64,000 nucleotides of DNA from assembly GCF_009914755.1 (NCBI RefSeq), contig NC_060932.1; one strand, 5' to 3'. Numbering within the stretch: the stretch's first letter is position 1; each line of letters begins with the position of its first letter. Of the stretch, positions 14,821 to 28,877 are shown piece after piece. The position numbers were made by a program, and so were the translations under genes. The notes below the pieces were generated by a model, which was given only the letters and a program-made list of their open reading frames with translations, was not told where the DNA came from and did no database searches. The DNA is from the human T2T-CHM13v2.0 reference genome, Homo sapiens.

Positions 14821-17800
14821 ACGTAGGTGGATAAGGAGGTAGAAAACCACAGAGTTGTCAAAACCTGTAACACAAAATAAACAATATCCATACATAAAAA
14901 TAGTAACATTTTTACTAGAACTGACTACAGGACCTCAGATTAATCACCACACATGGACCTACTCAGAGGCATCTACAGCGTATCAGGACAAAACGGACTT
15001 GAATGAGCAACGCTAAAAGCCATGAGAAGTTCAAGAGAATGCTTTTGTTGTGAGAGACAGTGTGCCCAGCTAGAGGGTATTAGGGAAGGTTTAGGGAACA
15101 GGTGAGGCCTGGGATCTTGAAGGATGGGCAGGATGTCATTCCAGGTTAAGGGAAAAAGAAAGAGGGAGGGAGGGAGGAACATGTCCAAGGAAGTGCAGGA
15201 ATTGGATTGTGGCTGGAGTATTGACCACACACACCGGGATTTTCAGACAGCCACAGTAGACTCCAAAGGCCCTCTCAATTCATCTCTAGAATAACTCAGT
15301 TTTTATCTACTTTATCTATTGGGCTTCTGTATGCATTTCATTTGAAGAAACAATTCATTTAATTTCTATTTTTAAACCTGAACACCAGAAGGTAGAGAAA
15401 GCATAGAGGAGGAAGAGGAAACAAAGCAAGAATGCTAAGTTGGGAGAAGAGCCTGGAGAGCTGCAGTCAAGAATATCAAACCTGCACCATTCCCCACCAC
15501 CTCTCTCCATTCTACGACCATAGCAAACATCACTGGTGGAGCAGGTAATCCTTCCCTACTGTGCAGACTCCGAAGCCTTCCATAAACATCAATGACTCCA
15601 GGCATCAGAAGTGAGGCATCACGGAGCTAGGCAAGGGAGTATGGGCTTTTTTCCTACGACAACAGAGAGCATGTGTTTTTGAAACATTGTCCCTAAAGGT
15701 TCATTGATTTCTAAATAATGCTACCGCGATGGGGCCATGAATCCATGTCCAGGCCTCACTTGTAGGCAATCTCATCTCAAAGAGATCTTCACAAATGACT
15801 CCCTAAGTGTCCTGATCTTCCCTCCTACAAGGTCCAGATCCCCAACAATGATTAATCAGTGAAACAAGAAGTGAGAAAGGACTTCCATAGTGTCCAGAAG
15901 GCCAACCTGGACTGACCGTTTTTCCATTACCACACAGTGAGAAGCATCCTTTGTTAGTAGTGGAAATTTGGGGATCCAGGAGTAGAGTCAAAATCTATGT
16001 TTCCCAGTCCAGAGATGGCAGGTGATGGGGTAATGAGGCTGCTACAGAGGAGGGGTAAGAAGCAGGTGATTCAAGCAGTAAGGAAGGATAAAGGGTTAGG
16101 CGGAATACAAGATTCACCTGCTCCTTTAGGTGTAAGAAGCAGGATCTATAGACATAACTGTGCTCTGCTATATATCTCTGCGTGACCTTAGACATGTCAG
16201 TTCACCTCTCTGAGCCTCAGGTTTCCCATTTGTACCTTGGAGGTAATGCTTTCACCTAACGCCCCACCTCACAGGGTATGTAGGGAACATCTGTTGCTTA
16301 TTCCCCCTTCTCCTGTCAACAACAAAATTTGCTTTTTACCCAGCTTGGAAGGGCCTTCTCATCAAGGTTTCTCCATAGTCTCTGGGCCAAGGAGTGTGCC
16401 CAGGCTGGGCCCATCTGACACCCTTACCCCGGATTCCTGAACAGGGAAATGCAAAATTGAGAACAGTCAGGACCAAGGCAGGGCAAAGGTAGAGCCTGAA
16501 GAGACGACCCCTTTATTCCCGCTCCCCCGTCCCAGCCCCAGAGAGCTCTGGGTCCTGCCATTGTGTGACCCATCTGCATAGTTCAAAAAATCTCTCGATA
16601 CTTAGATGAGCCAGGGTCACCAAGAATGCTGGCTGACACAAAGGTATCGAATGAGGACGTGATGTGAGGAAAGGCACTTAGACAACATAAAAGATGTATA
16701 CAAATGCCAGATGGTATTCTCCAGAACATTCCACACTGTCAGCCACCCAAGGGTCTTATTAAATGATTGTTGAAGCAAGACTGTTGAGTGTGCTCTCTGT
16801 TCTTGGACACAACTTTTCAGAGATGCTTCTGGCCTTTTGTGCTCATGGACAGAGCTACTCACTATGGTCCTTTTGCATCCCCAGCAGGTCACAGGGCACT
16901 GAGTCACTAGAATGTGTCATCTTTATCACACGATGCTCAAAGCCTTCTGTCTCTTTTCCCTGTCTGATTTACTTCCTTTACTTCAGATGCTTATTCCTTG
17001 ACAGACTAATTTCAAATGAAAAGCCATGGGAAGCAAGGCAATATTTTTGCCCTCAGTTCACACCAAAAATCTGTGAGATAATGGCAAGTGATGACCAGAT
17101 GCTCTTAGGGCTTTGCAACTTGCCAGCTTTGTGACAAAGCAAGTCATTACCTCTCTGGACCATGGTTTGCTGCCTGTCAAATGCCGGTGTTAAATGAGAA
17201 AATCTCTAAGGACTCCTTTAGGGCTGAAATTCTCTAAAACGATTTGGCCCCACCTGGGTTTAATGCCAATCCATCTCCTGTGCTCCATCTTTAATGCAAA
17301 GAGATCATGGCACCCCTCTCGGCCAGGACCTTTCAGGTCTAAATAAGTATTCCTAAAACTTCTTTAAACCCCAGAACAATAAATACGTTTCATTGAAAAC
17401 ATCTATAGCATTCTTCCTCAAGGAAAATATCAGATCTTAAAAAGAAATAAAACCTCTACAACAAAAACTAAATCAAGCAATTTAATTAGACATCACAGAA
17501 AAGAAAAAATAACTGTATCAGATTTTATTACAGAAAATATAAAACTGAGAATTTTCCCAAATGCTTGCAGCATGCTTGCAAGCTGTTCAAAGAAAAAAAG
17601 AAAAAGTGTTCCACAGTGCCATATTAAAGCGTAATAATAAAATAAAACTACCCAATGTTGCACAAATACATCCATCTCTGTAAGGTGAGGTGTCAAAATA
17701 GATCCTTCGTGTCTCAACAAGTGAGGTTGCCCTTGTGAGGACCAGTTCTTTTTGCTGCAGAAATGGAAGCACTAAACTTTGAATGGCCTCTTGTTGAAAT

Positions 17801-19964
17801 ATCAAAGTGGTTAAGGCCCCCTGTTGAGTGGAGGAGAAGAGAGCTGGAAAAGATTAAGTATCCTTCATTTACTAGATCTTGATTTCAGGGCTTCCCATGT
17901 GAAACCAGAGCAGCCTCATCACCAGCCTGGCAGCCCTTCAAAATTCATCTTTTCTGCTCCTAAGACAAATCCATATGTCAGCACCAGCAGAAGCGGCAGA
18001 GATCCCAAGAACTGAGCAGTCCTGGCCCCACAAGGGTGGAATTTGCTCCAAAAGCCCTGATTGTAAAAGCTGCCATCAGGCAAGGAGAAAGCAGAACCGG
18101 AGCCCAGCAGGGACACGTGGGTGCTCCCCTCTGAGGTTGGCCAGAGCCCTGCAGACAGACCCCTCCTGAGGGCTGTTGCAGGGATCCCATTACCTTAGGA
18201 GGGCAGGAGAGGTTTTTTGTTTGCATTTGGGTCCCCCTAGTGGAGTAATGAAAGTGCACTGTCTTGGTCTCCTGAAGAAGGCATGTGCAGAGACGGAACC
18301 CCCCTCAGGGAAGTTAAAACCAGCTGCCAAAACTTGTGGCTGCCTTTGCCCCCTCTTCCCCGGAGTATGCAAATAACTCTGCAGCCAAGCAACCAATCAG
18401 CATGTAATTCACACCTACTGTCTACACAGCTTTGAAGGGCAGGGGAAGTGCAGGAGAGATCGGCATCATCTCTGTCTCTGGAGGTGCTCATAATACGGTG
18501 GGAGGGATGATGCAATGATTAGCAAACACTACACCTCACATTTAATAAGTGCCAAACTTATACATGAAGTCATGTCATGTAACGGTCCCTAGAGAAAGCC
18601 TCGAAATCAGACTGCCTGTGTTCCTCTGCCTACCAGCTCAGTGACTTTGGGCTTTTTCATTCAATAGATATAAACTGAGCACCTAATATATAGCAAGTAC
18701 AGGTCTGGGCAAAAGACCTGTACACAGCAAAAGAGACCAAAAATATCTTCCCTTTTGAACTATATACTCTTCATTGATGAAAAAAAAAAGTTGTTCAAAG
18801 TACCTATCCCATAATATTGTGCGGTTAAATAAAATAACCTTAGCACTTAGTGGAATAACGAAAGTGCACTGTCCTACTCCACTAAGGCCTGGCACATGAA
18901 AAAAATCTCAGTAATGTTAGCTTTTGTTATCATTCTGATTGACCCTGGAGCCTTTATTTTGCTTCAGAGTCCTTCCAAATTTGTGCATCAAAGGGGCAGC
19001 CATCCTGGGCTGGAGTCAAACAACTCAACTCCTAACTAGTGAACCCCAAACATCCAGGGGCCTCCAATGTTCTGATGAGTAAAATATGGTTGGTTGGAGA
19101 AGATGCTATTAGTGCAGCTCTGATGGGTCAAGTTTTCAGACTTTTAATGGGCCAGTAAAAAAAAATGAGCGAAAAAAAAAAAAAAAAACTCTTCAACTGA
19201 GTGGTTAAAGAGTTTCCTGTGTGTAAATAGGTCATGTATATATCTGTCTGCCTGTCAGGCCCACTTAATCCCAATGTCCCCTCCATTTGTACTGCCTAAG
19301 AGTCCTGCTTATATTGTTCCTCTCTTCATATAAGCATGCTGGTCATGGCTCCTGCCCCCATAAGAGTAGACATATGGTATAGAATTCCATGATATGGATT
19401 TGGGCTTGTACAGAGGTGGGAAACCCCATGAGGTCTGAAGCCTAGTGTGTCCTCTAATAGATCTTTTGCTGGAGAGCACTATAAGAGAATAGGAGACACT
19501 GTCCCAGTCAATGACAAATTCTCACCATTTGGATATTTCTCATCTTTGAAACCTCAAAGGGAAGAGGAGTAATTGAATTGGCAGAGCAAGATCTGGCATT
19601 TCGAGGTCCTCTACCCAAATACTATTTTATGCATTTAAACCCTACCCGTTTCTATCCCTGAGAAAGGAATCAGTATCTCTCTGTTATTGGGTCTCTTTGA
19701 GCCATTATACTCTAAGACCCAAGGTTAAGAGACCTTGGTTGGCCTGTGGCCTGTGGCACAGAGGTTGGCCTGTGGCAAGAGAAAGCAGAAGAAAATAGTG
19801 AGTGGAGAGCATGACTGTTTTTTAGGATATTAATTATTTTAACTTGCATTAATGTAGATAGTTTTCTGAATATGCTTAATAAAAAATAAAACATGAGGCA
19901 AAGAATAAAATGTGATCTACCTTTGAAATAAAAAATCTAAGTTCAAGATCCAGTTCTACTTTTG

Positions 19965-20333
19965 TTATAGACAATGGAATTACTCCCCAATGACTCCAGT
20001 TCTCCTTCCAGGCACATCGGGAAATGGTCCTTCCCTTCTCCCTTGAAGTTAGGTCAGGCCATGTGGTTTCTTTAGTCAAAATGAAGTGTGAGTGTAAGAA
20101 ATCTGATTTACTATCCAGTAGAAGCATTTAAGAACCAGTGTGTGGTTCTCTGTGTTCTCTTTTTTCTTCTGCATTAACTCTGGAAGCACTTGTTAATATA
20201 AGATTGAAAAAGCCTGGAATTCTCCAAACCCACAATGGACTTTGCACAATAATTAACTTTTATGTTATTAAGCCACTGAGCTTTTTAGGGTAGTTTGTTA
20301 CTAAGCATAACCTAGCCTATTATGACTGATACA
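19965..20333 (+). mobile_element. Old MLT1 LTR (MLT1I/J-like)
   Basis: cccttgaagttaggtcaggccatgtg ... ttatgttattaagccactgag ... gcataacctagcctattatgactgataca. Confidence 0.7.
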
Positions 20334-21540
20334 GCCTCTTACTAACTGTATTGTTTCAAGTATGTTACTTAACCTCTTTCAGATTCAGTTTACTCATTTG
20401 TAAATGGGGGTAATAACAGTTCCCAGCATTAGGTGAGGATTAAATGTTACAATGTATCTTTGAGGACTTACTAAATTACAAAGTATTATACACATTAAAC
20501 AATTCAATGTCTGTTAACTGAGTGTCTCCTATTGTCTAGGCACCATCTGAAACACTAGAAAAGTGGAGATAAATGAGTAAGGCCTCTACCCTACAGGAGT
20601 TCATACACCTTGCACAAATCACTACACTTGTTCTCTGAGCATTGAAGGTGAAAAGACACAGTCTTAGGAAGCTCACAGTTAAGAGGGAAAAGCAGACAGA
20701 TAAGAGGAATCTTTCTGTCTTACCAAAGAATAAAAGGGAAGAAGTGAACATTATCATTCTGTCTGTTTTATTCAAATCTACAAAAGAATGCCCAAATGGC
20801 CTAGCAACTGCCTGCCAAAAAAAAGAAAAAAAGAAAGGAAGCAAAAAGAAAAAGAAAAATGCAAATGATCTATTTCAATTAATCTTTGAACTCCATTGTC
20901 TACTTTCACCTTGATCTCATTCCCTCTTTTTCTCAATATATATCTCTAACCTGGAGCTCTCTGAAACGCTCCTGACAGGCAACTCTGTCAGTCTGACACT
21001 TCCACCTGGTTGTTGTAAGAGAACCTCTAGTTCAGGAAATCCAACAACAAACTTAGCATTTCCTCCCGGAAATGCCAGCTCTTCTTCCCCATCTCTTCCC
21101 ATGCACCCAGTCTCTGATGTTGGGAACATCACTGTCATCTTTAACTCTTCACCTTCCTCACCCCAAGTCCCAGTAAATTTCCAAATCCTAAAGACTCCAC
21201 CTCCAAAATCTCTTGCAGTCAGTGTTTTCCTTTCTATGCCTACCACCATTCCTATACTACTGCAACGTGAAAAGGTTCCCCTTTAATCCATTCTACCTTA
21301 TTCTTTAAGTGCAGCTACGATCTTCTGTTCTAAAACCTTTAATAACTTTCCACTTCTTACCAAATTAATTCAAACTACTCACTCAACTTTAAGTCTCTCC
21401 ATATCCTGAAAATCTTTTGACAAATATTTGTTAAGCACCTTCTACGTGCCAAACCTACCCACTGTCCAAGCTCTGAGGATGCAGACAGAAGTAAGATCAG
21501 TCCCTACCCTTGAAGAGCCTCTTGTCTGGATGAAGAACTA

Positions 21541-21993
21541 TGGTGCCCAAGAAACACATCTCTTAGATCTTCTTTGAGAGAACCTGCTATAGGGAAGACA
21601 GTTGGCAGACACATCCGTGACCTCCAGGAATACCAAGGCCACATTTCCCCTTAAGCTGCTCCTGGCCAATGACTGAGCATGGCCAGTCATTAAAGCCAGT
21701 TTTCTCCTGCCCAAGGTGAGGTTTTTCTGATGGGCAACTTTGGCTCAGCAACTGCCCATTGGCCTGGCTGAGAAACTCTCAAGATCATGCCACAACCTTC
21801 TTTGGTTTTTTTTCTGCCCAGTCTGGCCTGCTCTCTCTCTCTCTTCACAGGTGTCAGACCAGCATTGAGGTCTGAAGGGCTGGGCTACTCATGCTCTTTT
21901 CCCCGTTATCCTTCACAGGCATTCTTCCAACAAATCAAACCCTTACCTAATTTCATCTCTGTGTCTGCTTCTTGGAAGACCCAAACTGACACA
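21541..21993 (+). mobile_element. LTR16-family (ERVL) solo LTR
   Basis: gccaatgactgagcatgg, ctgatgggcaactttggctc, ttcacaggtgtcagacc; ends tctgcttcttggaagacccaaactgacaca. Confidence 0.75.
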
Positions 21994-22035
21994 GAGTCAA
22001 TCATATAAATGTGGAATTTCAGTTTGGCATGGTGA

Positions 22036-22678
<643 letters not shown>

Positions 22679-23593
22679 AGAAGGCTGAGGTTTCTTGTGA
22701 CAGCCAAATGAACTCTCCTCCTTGGGGATCTCCTGAGACCACTGGTGTATAGTTTATATTTTGCTTATAGAAGTCTCTGAAATGGTTTAGAACAAAGCAC
22801 AGGTGGGCTAAGTAAACTAAGTGGACATAACCACCCTGATGCAGGCAGTGGAATTGAATAGGGCAAGCATTCCCTGGAAGAACCAAGAGGAACATGACTT
22901 CCTGAGAATAGCACATTCCCAAGAGGAAGAAAGGTAGATATGGTTGAAACATGCCCAGTCTGCGCTTCTCACAGATGCCAATCAGGTGAGTCACTCTATC
23001 TTACCTGGAGTGGAGAAAGGTCAGAAGTCAAACCGAGTTTCTTTAACACAGAAGAAAATGTAAGATGTAGGGGAGAAATGTTCTCTAACATTCTTTAGCT
23101 TTTTGCTGTCAACTCGATCATCTTTATTGTTTAGTCCATGGTCAACCTTAGTGACCATGGTCCTCACAGGACTTCACCAAAATATGAGTCTGCATCTCCA
23201 GTACAAATTACAAATGCCACTCCTGGGACGACTGAAGAGTGGTTTAGATATTACTTCCTGAAGGCTCTGAAATGCATCAGAACGGAATCAAAATTCAAGC
23301 AATGACAGGATGACTCCAGACCTAAGGCTGCAAATTCACTCCCTAATACATCTTCTATATCACATTATGTACCACCATATTGTCCAATGTAGTGTAGCAA
23401 TGAGATTAAATAACAACAGTAAAATGATCCAATAATGAACTGCATGAAGACATTTATACAACAGAATGATTATAACCCAGAAACACTCCCTTATCAAATT
23501 CTTAAAGAAAAATATACAGTATGCCACAAAATTAAATCCTTCTAAAAGTTAAAGTCTAAAGATGTTCAAAGCTGAAGGAACTAATGCCCAAAA

Positions 23594-23691
23594 ACAACGT
23601 ATTTTGTCCTTATGTATTAAAAGCTCAAAATCCATAGTCCTTACAACGTATTTTGTCCTTATGTATTAAAATCTCAAAATCCACAGTCCTT
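23594..23691. repeat. 49-bp tandem duplication
   Basis: acaacgtattttgtccttatgtattaaaa(g/t)ctcaaaatcca(t/c)agtcctt twice, 2 mismatches. Confidence 0.95.
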
Positions 23692-25404
23692 AAGTGCAAT
23701 TAAAGCAAATTTCTACGTGACCACCACATAAAAGGTGAAACTCTTAAGTTGAATTATTTTTTAATATCATCACCAAAACAGTGTATGAGAAAAATGCATG
23801 TGCGCAACTAAAGTAAATATTTTGTCTGCCTGGCTAAGAAGGACTAGCTTTTTCCTAGTTAACTAAATAGTCTAACTAATGGCTAACTGGATGGCTAAAG
23901 GGACAATGGCAGAATTGCCAATGTTTTAAAGACTGAGAATAAAAAAAGAAAACACTTTTGCACTGAACTATACAGACTGTGATTTAATATTGAGTTGGGA
24001 GTATCTTCTGGTTGAGCCAGAAGCCGCTCTAGAATCTTGCTGTGATTAGAGAATCATCTTTGTGTCTGTGGCAATAAAAGGCCCAGGAGGCAGGGATTGC
24101 AGCTGATACACCCTATGAGCTTTTCCATGCTGGACTGAGAGTACAGCAAGTTCAGAAGCCTCCTCTTCTCACTTTCCATTACGCAGGGCATGTATATTTC
24201 CAGCACCTGACAGAGTGCCAGTCGCTGAAAAGATATTGAATACTATAGTGTTTCATAAATTCATGAAATTAATAGGCATTTGCTGTTAAAGAGCCAAACT
24301 AGCCAGCATCCACAGCAACGTAAGAACAGTCAACCAAATGGTACACGGTATTTCTGTTTATTCTTCTCTCATTAAAGAGAATTATTCTAGGTACTGTTTC
24401 TCCTTTGATTACAACCACTAGCAAATGAAGCCAGGCTGCATGGCTCAGCTCCTGGTGTACATGAGACGTGCAGGGTTATTTGGGTTGGATTCTAATTTCA
24501 CAAATCTTATCACAAGCAATAAGCATGATTAAAAATTTTAGTCATCTAGAAAGTTAAAGCTACTTGTTTTCCTTTTTCTGAAGCTTCTGGGGTGGGGGAA
24601 AACAAATGTTTTATATCAACAACCAAGAAAATAAACTGAGAAGTTTTTGCAATTGTCTGACCCACCCCTCAGGCCACTTATTCAGTTCCTGCCCTTCCCC
24701 ATCTCTCTTGCCCTCTGGGTAGCTTGCTCCACACTGATTTTCTCTTCTGCCCTGGCACCTGCCAGAGAAGAAGCAGATGCTCATCTTGGCTAGCCCCACT
24801 TGGCCACAGCAGGCATTCTGGCCTCTCTGCTGCCTGCATCCTGTTCGTGTCCAAGCATTGCGTCAGAGAACTCCAAGAGCTAAAGCACAGCCTTCCCAAG
24901 TCAGTCAGATGCAGCCAGCCCTCCAAAAGATCAGTCATGACATTCTGCCACCTCTGGTCTTCTCCACCCAGGAATCCCCATTCACATTCCACACTGTCCC
25001 CTCCCCTAGTACCCTCAGATCTTGATGCTCCTCCTTCATCACTTCAGGTAAGCCCTGAGATTGCTGCAACCCAGGGCCAAGGCATCTGTCTTGTGACCTC
25101 TCTGGCTGGGCTGCTTGCTTGAAGAGGGCAAGGTAAACTTGCTTGGAGAGGGAAGCTAGTGGGATCATATCCTCTCAGCCATCGGCACCAGTTCCCAGGG
25201 GCTCAGGAGCTCCACACACCCCTATAAACTCGAGTTGCCTCTCCTCCTGAACCTCTTCCTTCTCTTCCTTCTCTTGCAAGCCTCATGCCGTCCTTTGCCC
25301 AGCTGTCCTACCCTCTCCTCCAATCCCAGTATTGTCTCTACTTCTTCAATGCCCAGCCTTTACTTGATAACCCTTCCTGATAATCCCACAATAGTTTGGA
25401 CTTA

Positions 25405-25800
25405 TGTCTTATGAGGTTCCTGCAAACTGAGATTGGGATGGAAATCCACATGCAGGAAATTTATTGATGGGTCCTCTCAGGATCAAAACCCAAAAGACCG
25501 AAGAAAGCAGGACTAGGCAGGGGGAGAAGCTGATTGTGATACGGTCACATAGAAATCTCATCCCAATCCTATGGGGAGCTATGGATCTGCGATGGCCATT
25601 CAGAGTGTCCCACTTTGAAACAGACTGCCCTTGTGGAGAGGACATGCTCTTGGGCGAGGCTGCTTTCTTCTAACTAGGCAATTCCTAGAGAGAAACTCAA
25701 CTGAGACCCATCAGCAGCCAACACTCCCAGCAACTGGAGGACAGAATGCCTGAATCATAAAGGGAGATCTGGATAGCACAGCACAGCATCCTTTGCACAC
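25405..25800 (-). mobile_element. LTR16-family solo LTR
   Basis: tgcaggaaatttattga, gcagggggagaagctgattgtgat, atggggagct, cagcagccaacactcccagcaactgg. Confidence 0.7.
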
Positions 25801-28284
25801 TGACAGCATTATAATGCAGAATCTTTGTTCTTTCGTTTATCAAGAGGACAAAGCCCTGGAGATATATCAGCAGGCAGCTCTCACTACACTGTGAGCCTTT
25901 CAAGGACAGAAACCATCGCTTTTCTCTCTGCACCTGATATATAATGATCACACAATAAACAATTGCTGAATGAATTAATGATGCAATTGCAGAGGGGCTG
26001 ATAAATAACTCTTCTTTCCCCATCCAAGTTCAAAATAACTTGAGAGACAGAAAAATCAGACCTACGGAGGCCAAAATATCACCTTTATTACTGGCAAGAG
26101 GTGCTGCTAGAGAATGTGGATTCCATTTGTGGGAACGTATAAGAAATAAATAATAGGAAATCTCAAAGTTAGAAAGACTTTTCCACCTAGTCCTAAGAAG
26201 TATGGGAAAACCACAGACCTGCCCCAAGCACATGGGAGGGCAGAAAAGAGCCATCTTCTCTGGGACTGTAAGTAGAGGAAAAAGCTGAACTGAGAATAAT
26301 GCTCAGTCTGTTCTCCCACAATTTGCTAAGAGAGATAAGTCACCCTCCTCCCCTGCAAAGGGAAGGGAAGGGAAAGAGCAGGGCATTAGCCTAGTGGCAC
26401 CCCCTCCATGAATATGGACGCACCAGGATTAAGGAAGCTTTTTATCCCTAATAAATATGCACTGGCCAGACCCAACTGAGAGCTGTCCAGTCCCTGATGC
26501 CAGTTATTACTAAAGCCAGGTCCACCCACAACTCTGTCATTTGCCTGAGCGAATGTTGCCCTCTTGTTCCCCCTTATAGCAAGTGCTACCAGGATTCTCC
26601 CACAGCCTTGACTTCTTACCTAATATAAATGTAAGAACCTAAGAAAAAATTAAACATATTAATAGAGAGAGACTCACAGTGTGAGTAATTTAGGCTTAAA
26701 TCACTGGTGGTAAATTTGGAGCATGTGTGGTTAATATGGAAATAACTCTCCTCTAACTTCCTGTACTGGGTACTAAGAACATTTTCCTTGAAACTTGATG
26801 TAATCTCTGGCATGAGGCCAGTGGCCAAATGCCAGGGAAAGCCACCTTTGGGGTAATGATAATATAATACTCTTGACTAGATTACAAGATTGGGAATTGG
26901 CAGCACTCAGATATGAGTTAAACAGAATGAATTCGGTCTATGGCAGTAAAAATAAATCAGATTTATCCCCAGTACTGTACTGGCCACAAAAGGTGCATAA
27001 CTCCGGCCCAGAAGAATAAGAAAATTAGGTTTGCATAGGAACTTAGAGCAGACAGAGGAGGCAACATGGTTTCTAGTGAAGGCTCCAAGCCTGAAAAGAA
27101 TCCCAATTTATGTCCTCTTGACAATGGCTTCTCTCCTTACAATTAAGGTTGGCAAAGGTCTGGCTTAATGTTTGGGCAGATCAGATAGTTTCACAAATTG
27201 CTCACTTAAATGGCAAGCTAGAGCTTTCATTTCCCAGAGATTTGGGAGCATTTGCATTCCTATACATTGAACTGCAGCTGGAAGAGGAACTCCAGAATCT
27301 AAACTTCTCCCTTGGCTCAAATCAAAGCCAGGACTATGAGACCTACTAGTTCAAAAGCTCCCAGTGACACACAGCTTTCTAGAGAAATATTGACAGAAGG
27401 GAAGGCTACATCCCATACCTCTGGGTTGTGAGCAGATAATATTAATATAAGATGCATATTAATGCAAATTAAGATTAGTCACGTATTCCTGTGCTTGCAG
27501 TAAAGGACTACAATGTTGTCTTTCCTAGGCACACCTGTCTCTCTCTGGAACCTGATTCTAACCCCAGCTCTGCCTTGGATAAGCCCTAAGACTTGGAGTA
27601 AATTACTAGCCTATCTGGATTTCTCAATTTCATCATTTGTAGAATCATCTGACAATGATAGCTCAAGTCATTTTCTATTCTAGAATAATATGCCTACAAT
27701 ATGGGAATGTCTACTGCTAAGCATAACTACTTGTTAAATGAAGTAATAAATAAGAGAAAAAGTGACTGATTGAAAAAATACATTAGTAAGTGGAAGCTCA
27801 GTAACTTAATAGAAATATCTCTGCCCATTCAGCCATTCTCAATCAGGTTTGTGCAAAAGAATTTTCCTTAAAGCTCTAAGGCAGCCACAGTATGGAATGA
27901 ATTAACTTCTCTCTATGCATCTACAATGGTACTAGCTAAGCACCAACTTCAGGAGAATTGAGAAGGTCACGGAAATCATTGTTCATGTTCTGCAGTCCCA
28001 GTTGAGAATGACAGTATGACTATTGAATAGCCAACCAATTTGTCAAGGAGCCAGAATTTGCAGAAATGTCCACAAATTTAACGAAGTCCATCAGCAAGTT
28101 CTACATGTGCTGTATGATCTGGAGACTGATCCATTCACCATCCCCACATTACAGTACATACAGACATGTACATGTGTGCTCAAGAGACAGAAAGTCTAGA
28201 GTTCTTATCCCAATCCAATCTTGTTGTGCCACCCACAACAAATTACTTCATCTCTTGGAGTTTTTATATCCACATTGTCTTAAT

Positions 28285-28360
28285 TTGGGATCCTCCAAGC
28301 ACAGATCGTAAAATAAGGATTTTGGTACAAGCAGTTTATTTGGGAGCTGGCCCAAAAAAG
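28285..28360 (-). mobile_element. LTR33-like, left piece (continues at about 36985-37330)
   Basis: aaggattttggtacaagcagtttatttgggag resembles the reverse-complement LTR33 3' end. Confidence 0.55.
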
Positions 28361-28362
28361 CA

Positions 28363-28575
28363 TGGGGTTTCTCAGCTTTGGCACTATTGACATTTGGTCA
28401 GATCTTTGTTGTGGGGGACAGTTCAAGCACTGTAGAATGTCTAGCTGCATCCCTATCCTCTACCACTAGATACTAGTAGCAACCCTCCCGCTCCAGTTGT
28501 GATAACCAAGAATGTCTCCAGATACTGCCAAATGTCCTCTGGGAGAAAAAAATCGCCCCCAGTTGACAACCACTG
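28363..28575. mobile_element. MER20 (hAT-Charlie), near full length
   Basis: gggtttctcagctttggcactattgacattt ... aatgtctccagatactgccaaatgtcc ... cagttgacaaccactg. Confidence 0.9.
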
Positions 28576-28579
28576 ATAT

Positions 28580-28877
28580 GGTGGATAGTATTATCTTTGG
28601 CCCAGATTTCCTCATCAGGATATACTACCCTAGCATTTGGGAGTGTTGGATGCTGACTGATCACAAAGGAACCCCCTTCTGGAAACTGCCCTTGGTTGAA
28701 GAGACCTGCCTCACATCCAGGTTATGCCTCTTCCCTAGGGGCAGCCTATATCCAATGACTGGTCAGTGCAGGGGTCCTAAGGCCCAGCCCCCTTACCTCA
28801 AGGCAGGACAACTATGAAAGGCCGTCCCAACTCTAAGCTTGCTGGGGGATCAGCAAATCCTCTATTGCAACTGCATC
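28580..28877 (+). mobile_element. LTR16-like 5' LTR, truncated at the L1 junction
   Basis: ggaaactgcccttggttgaagagacctgcctc, gcagcctatatccaatgactggtca, cctcaaggcaggacaact. Confidence 0.65.

Noticed and set aside
23136-23160. Inverted repeat ccatggtca-N7-tgaccatgg as an oestrogen response element or terminator
   Set aside because: Spacing between the GGTCA/TGACC half-sites is 7, not 3, and a 9-bp stem can occur by chance in 64 kb
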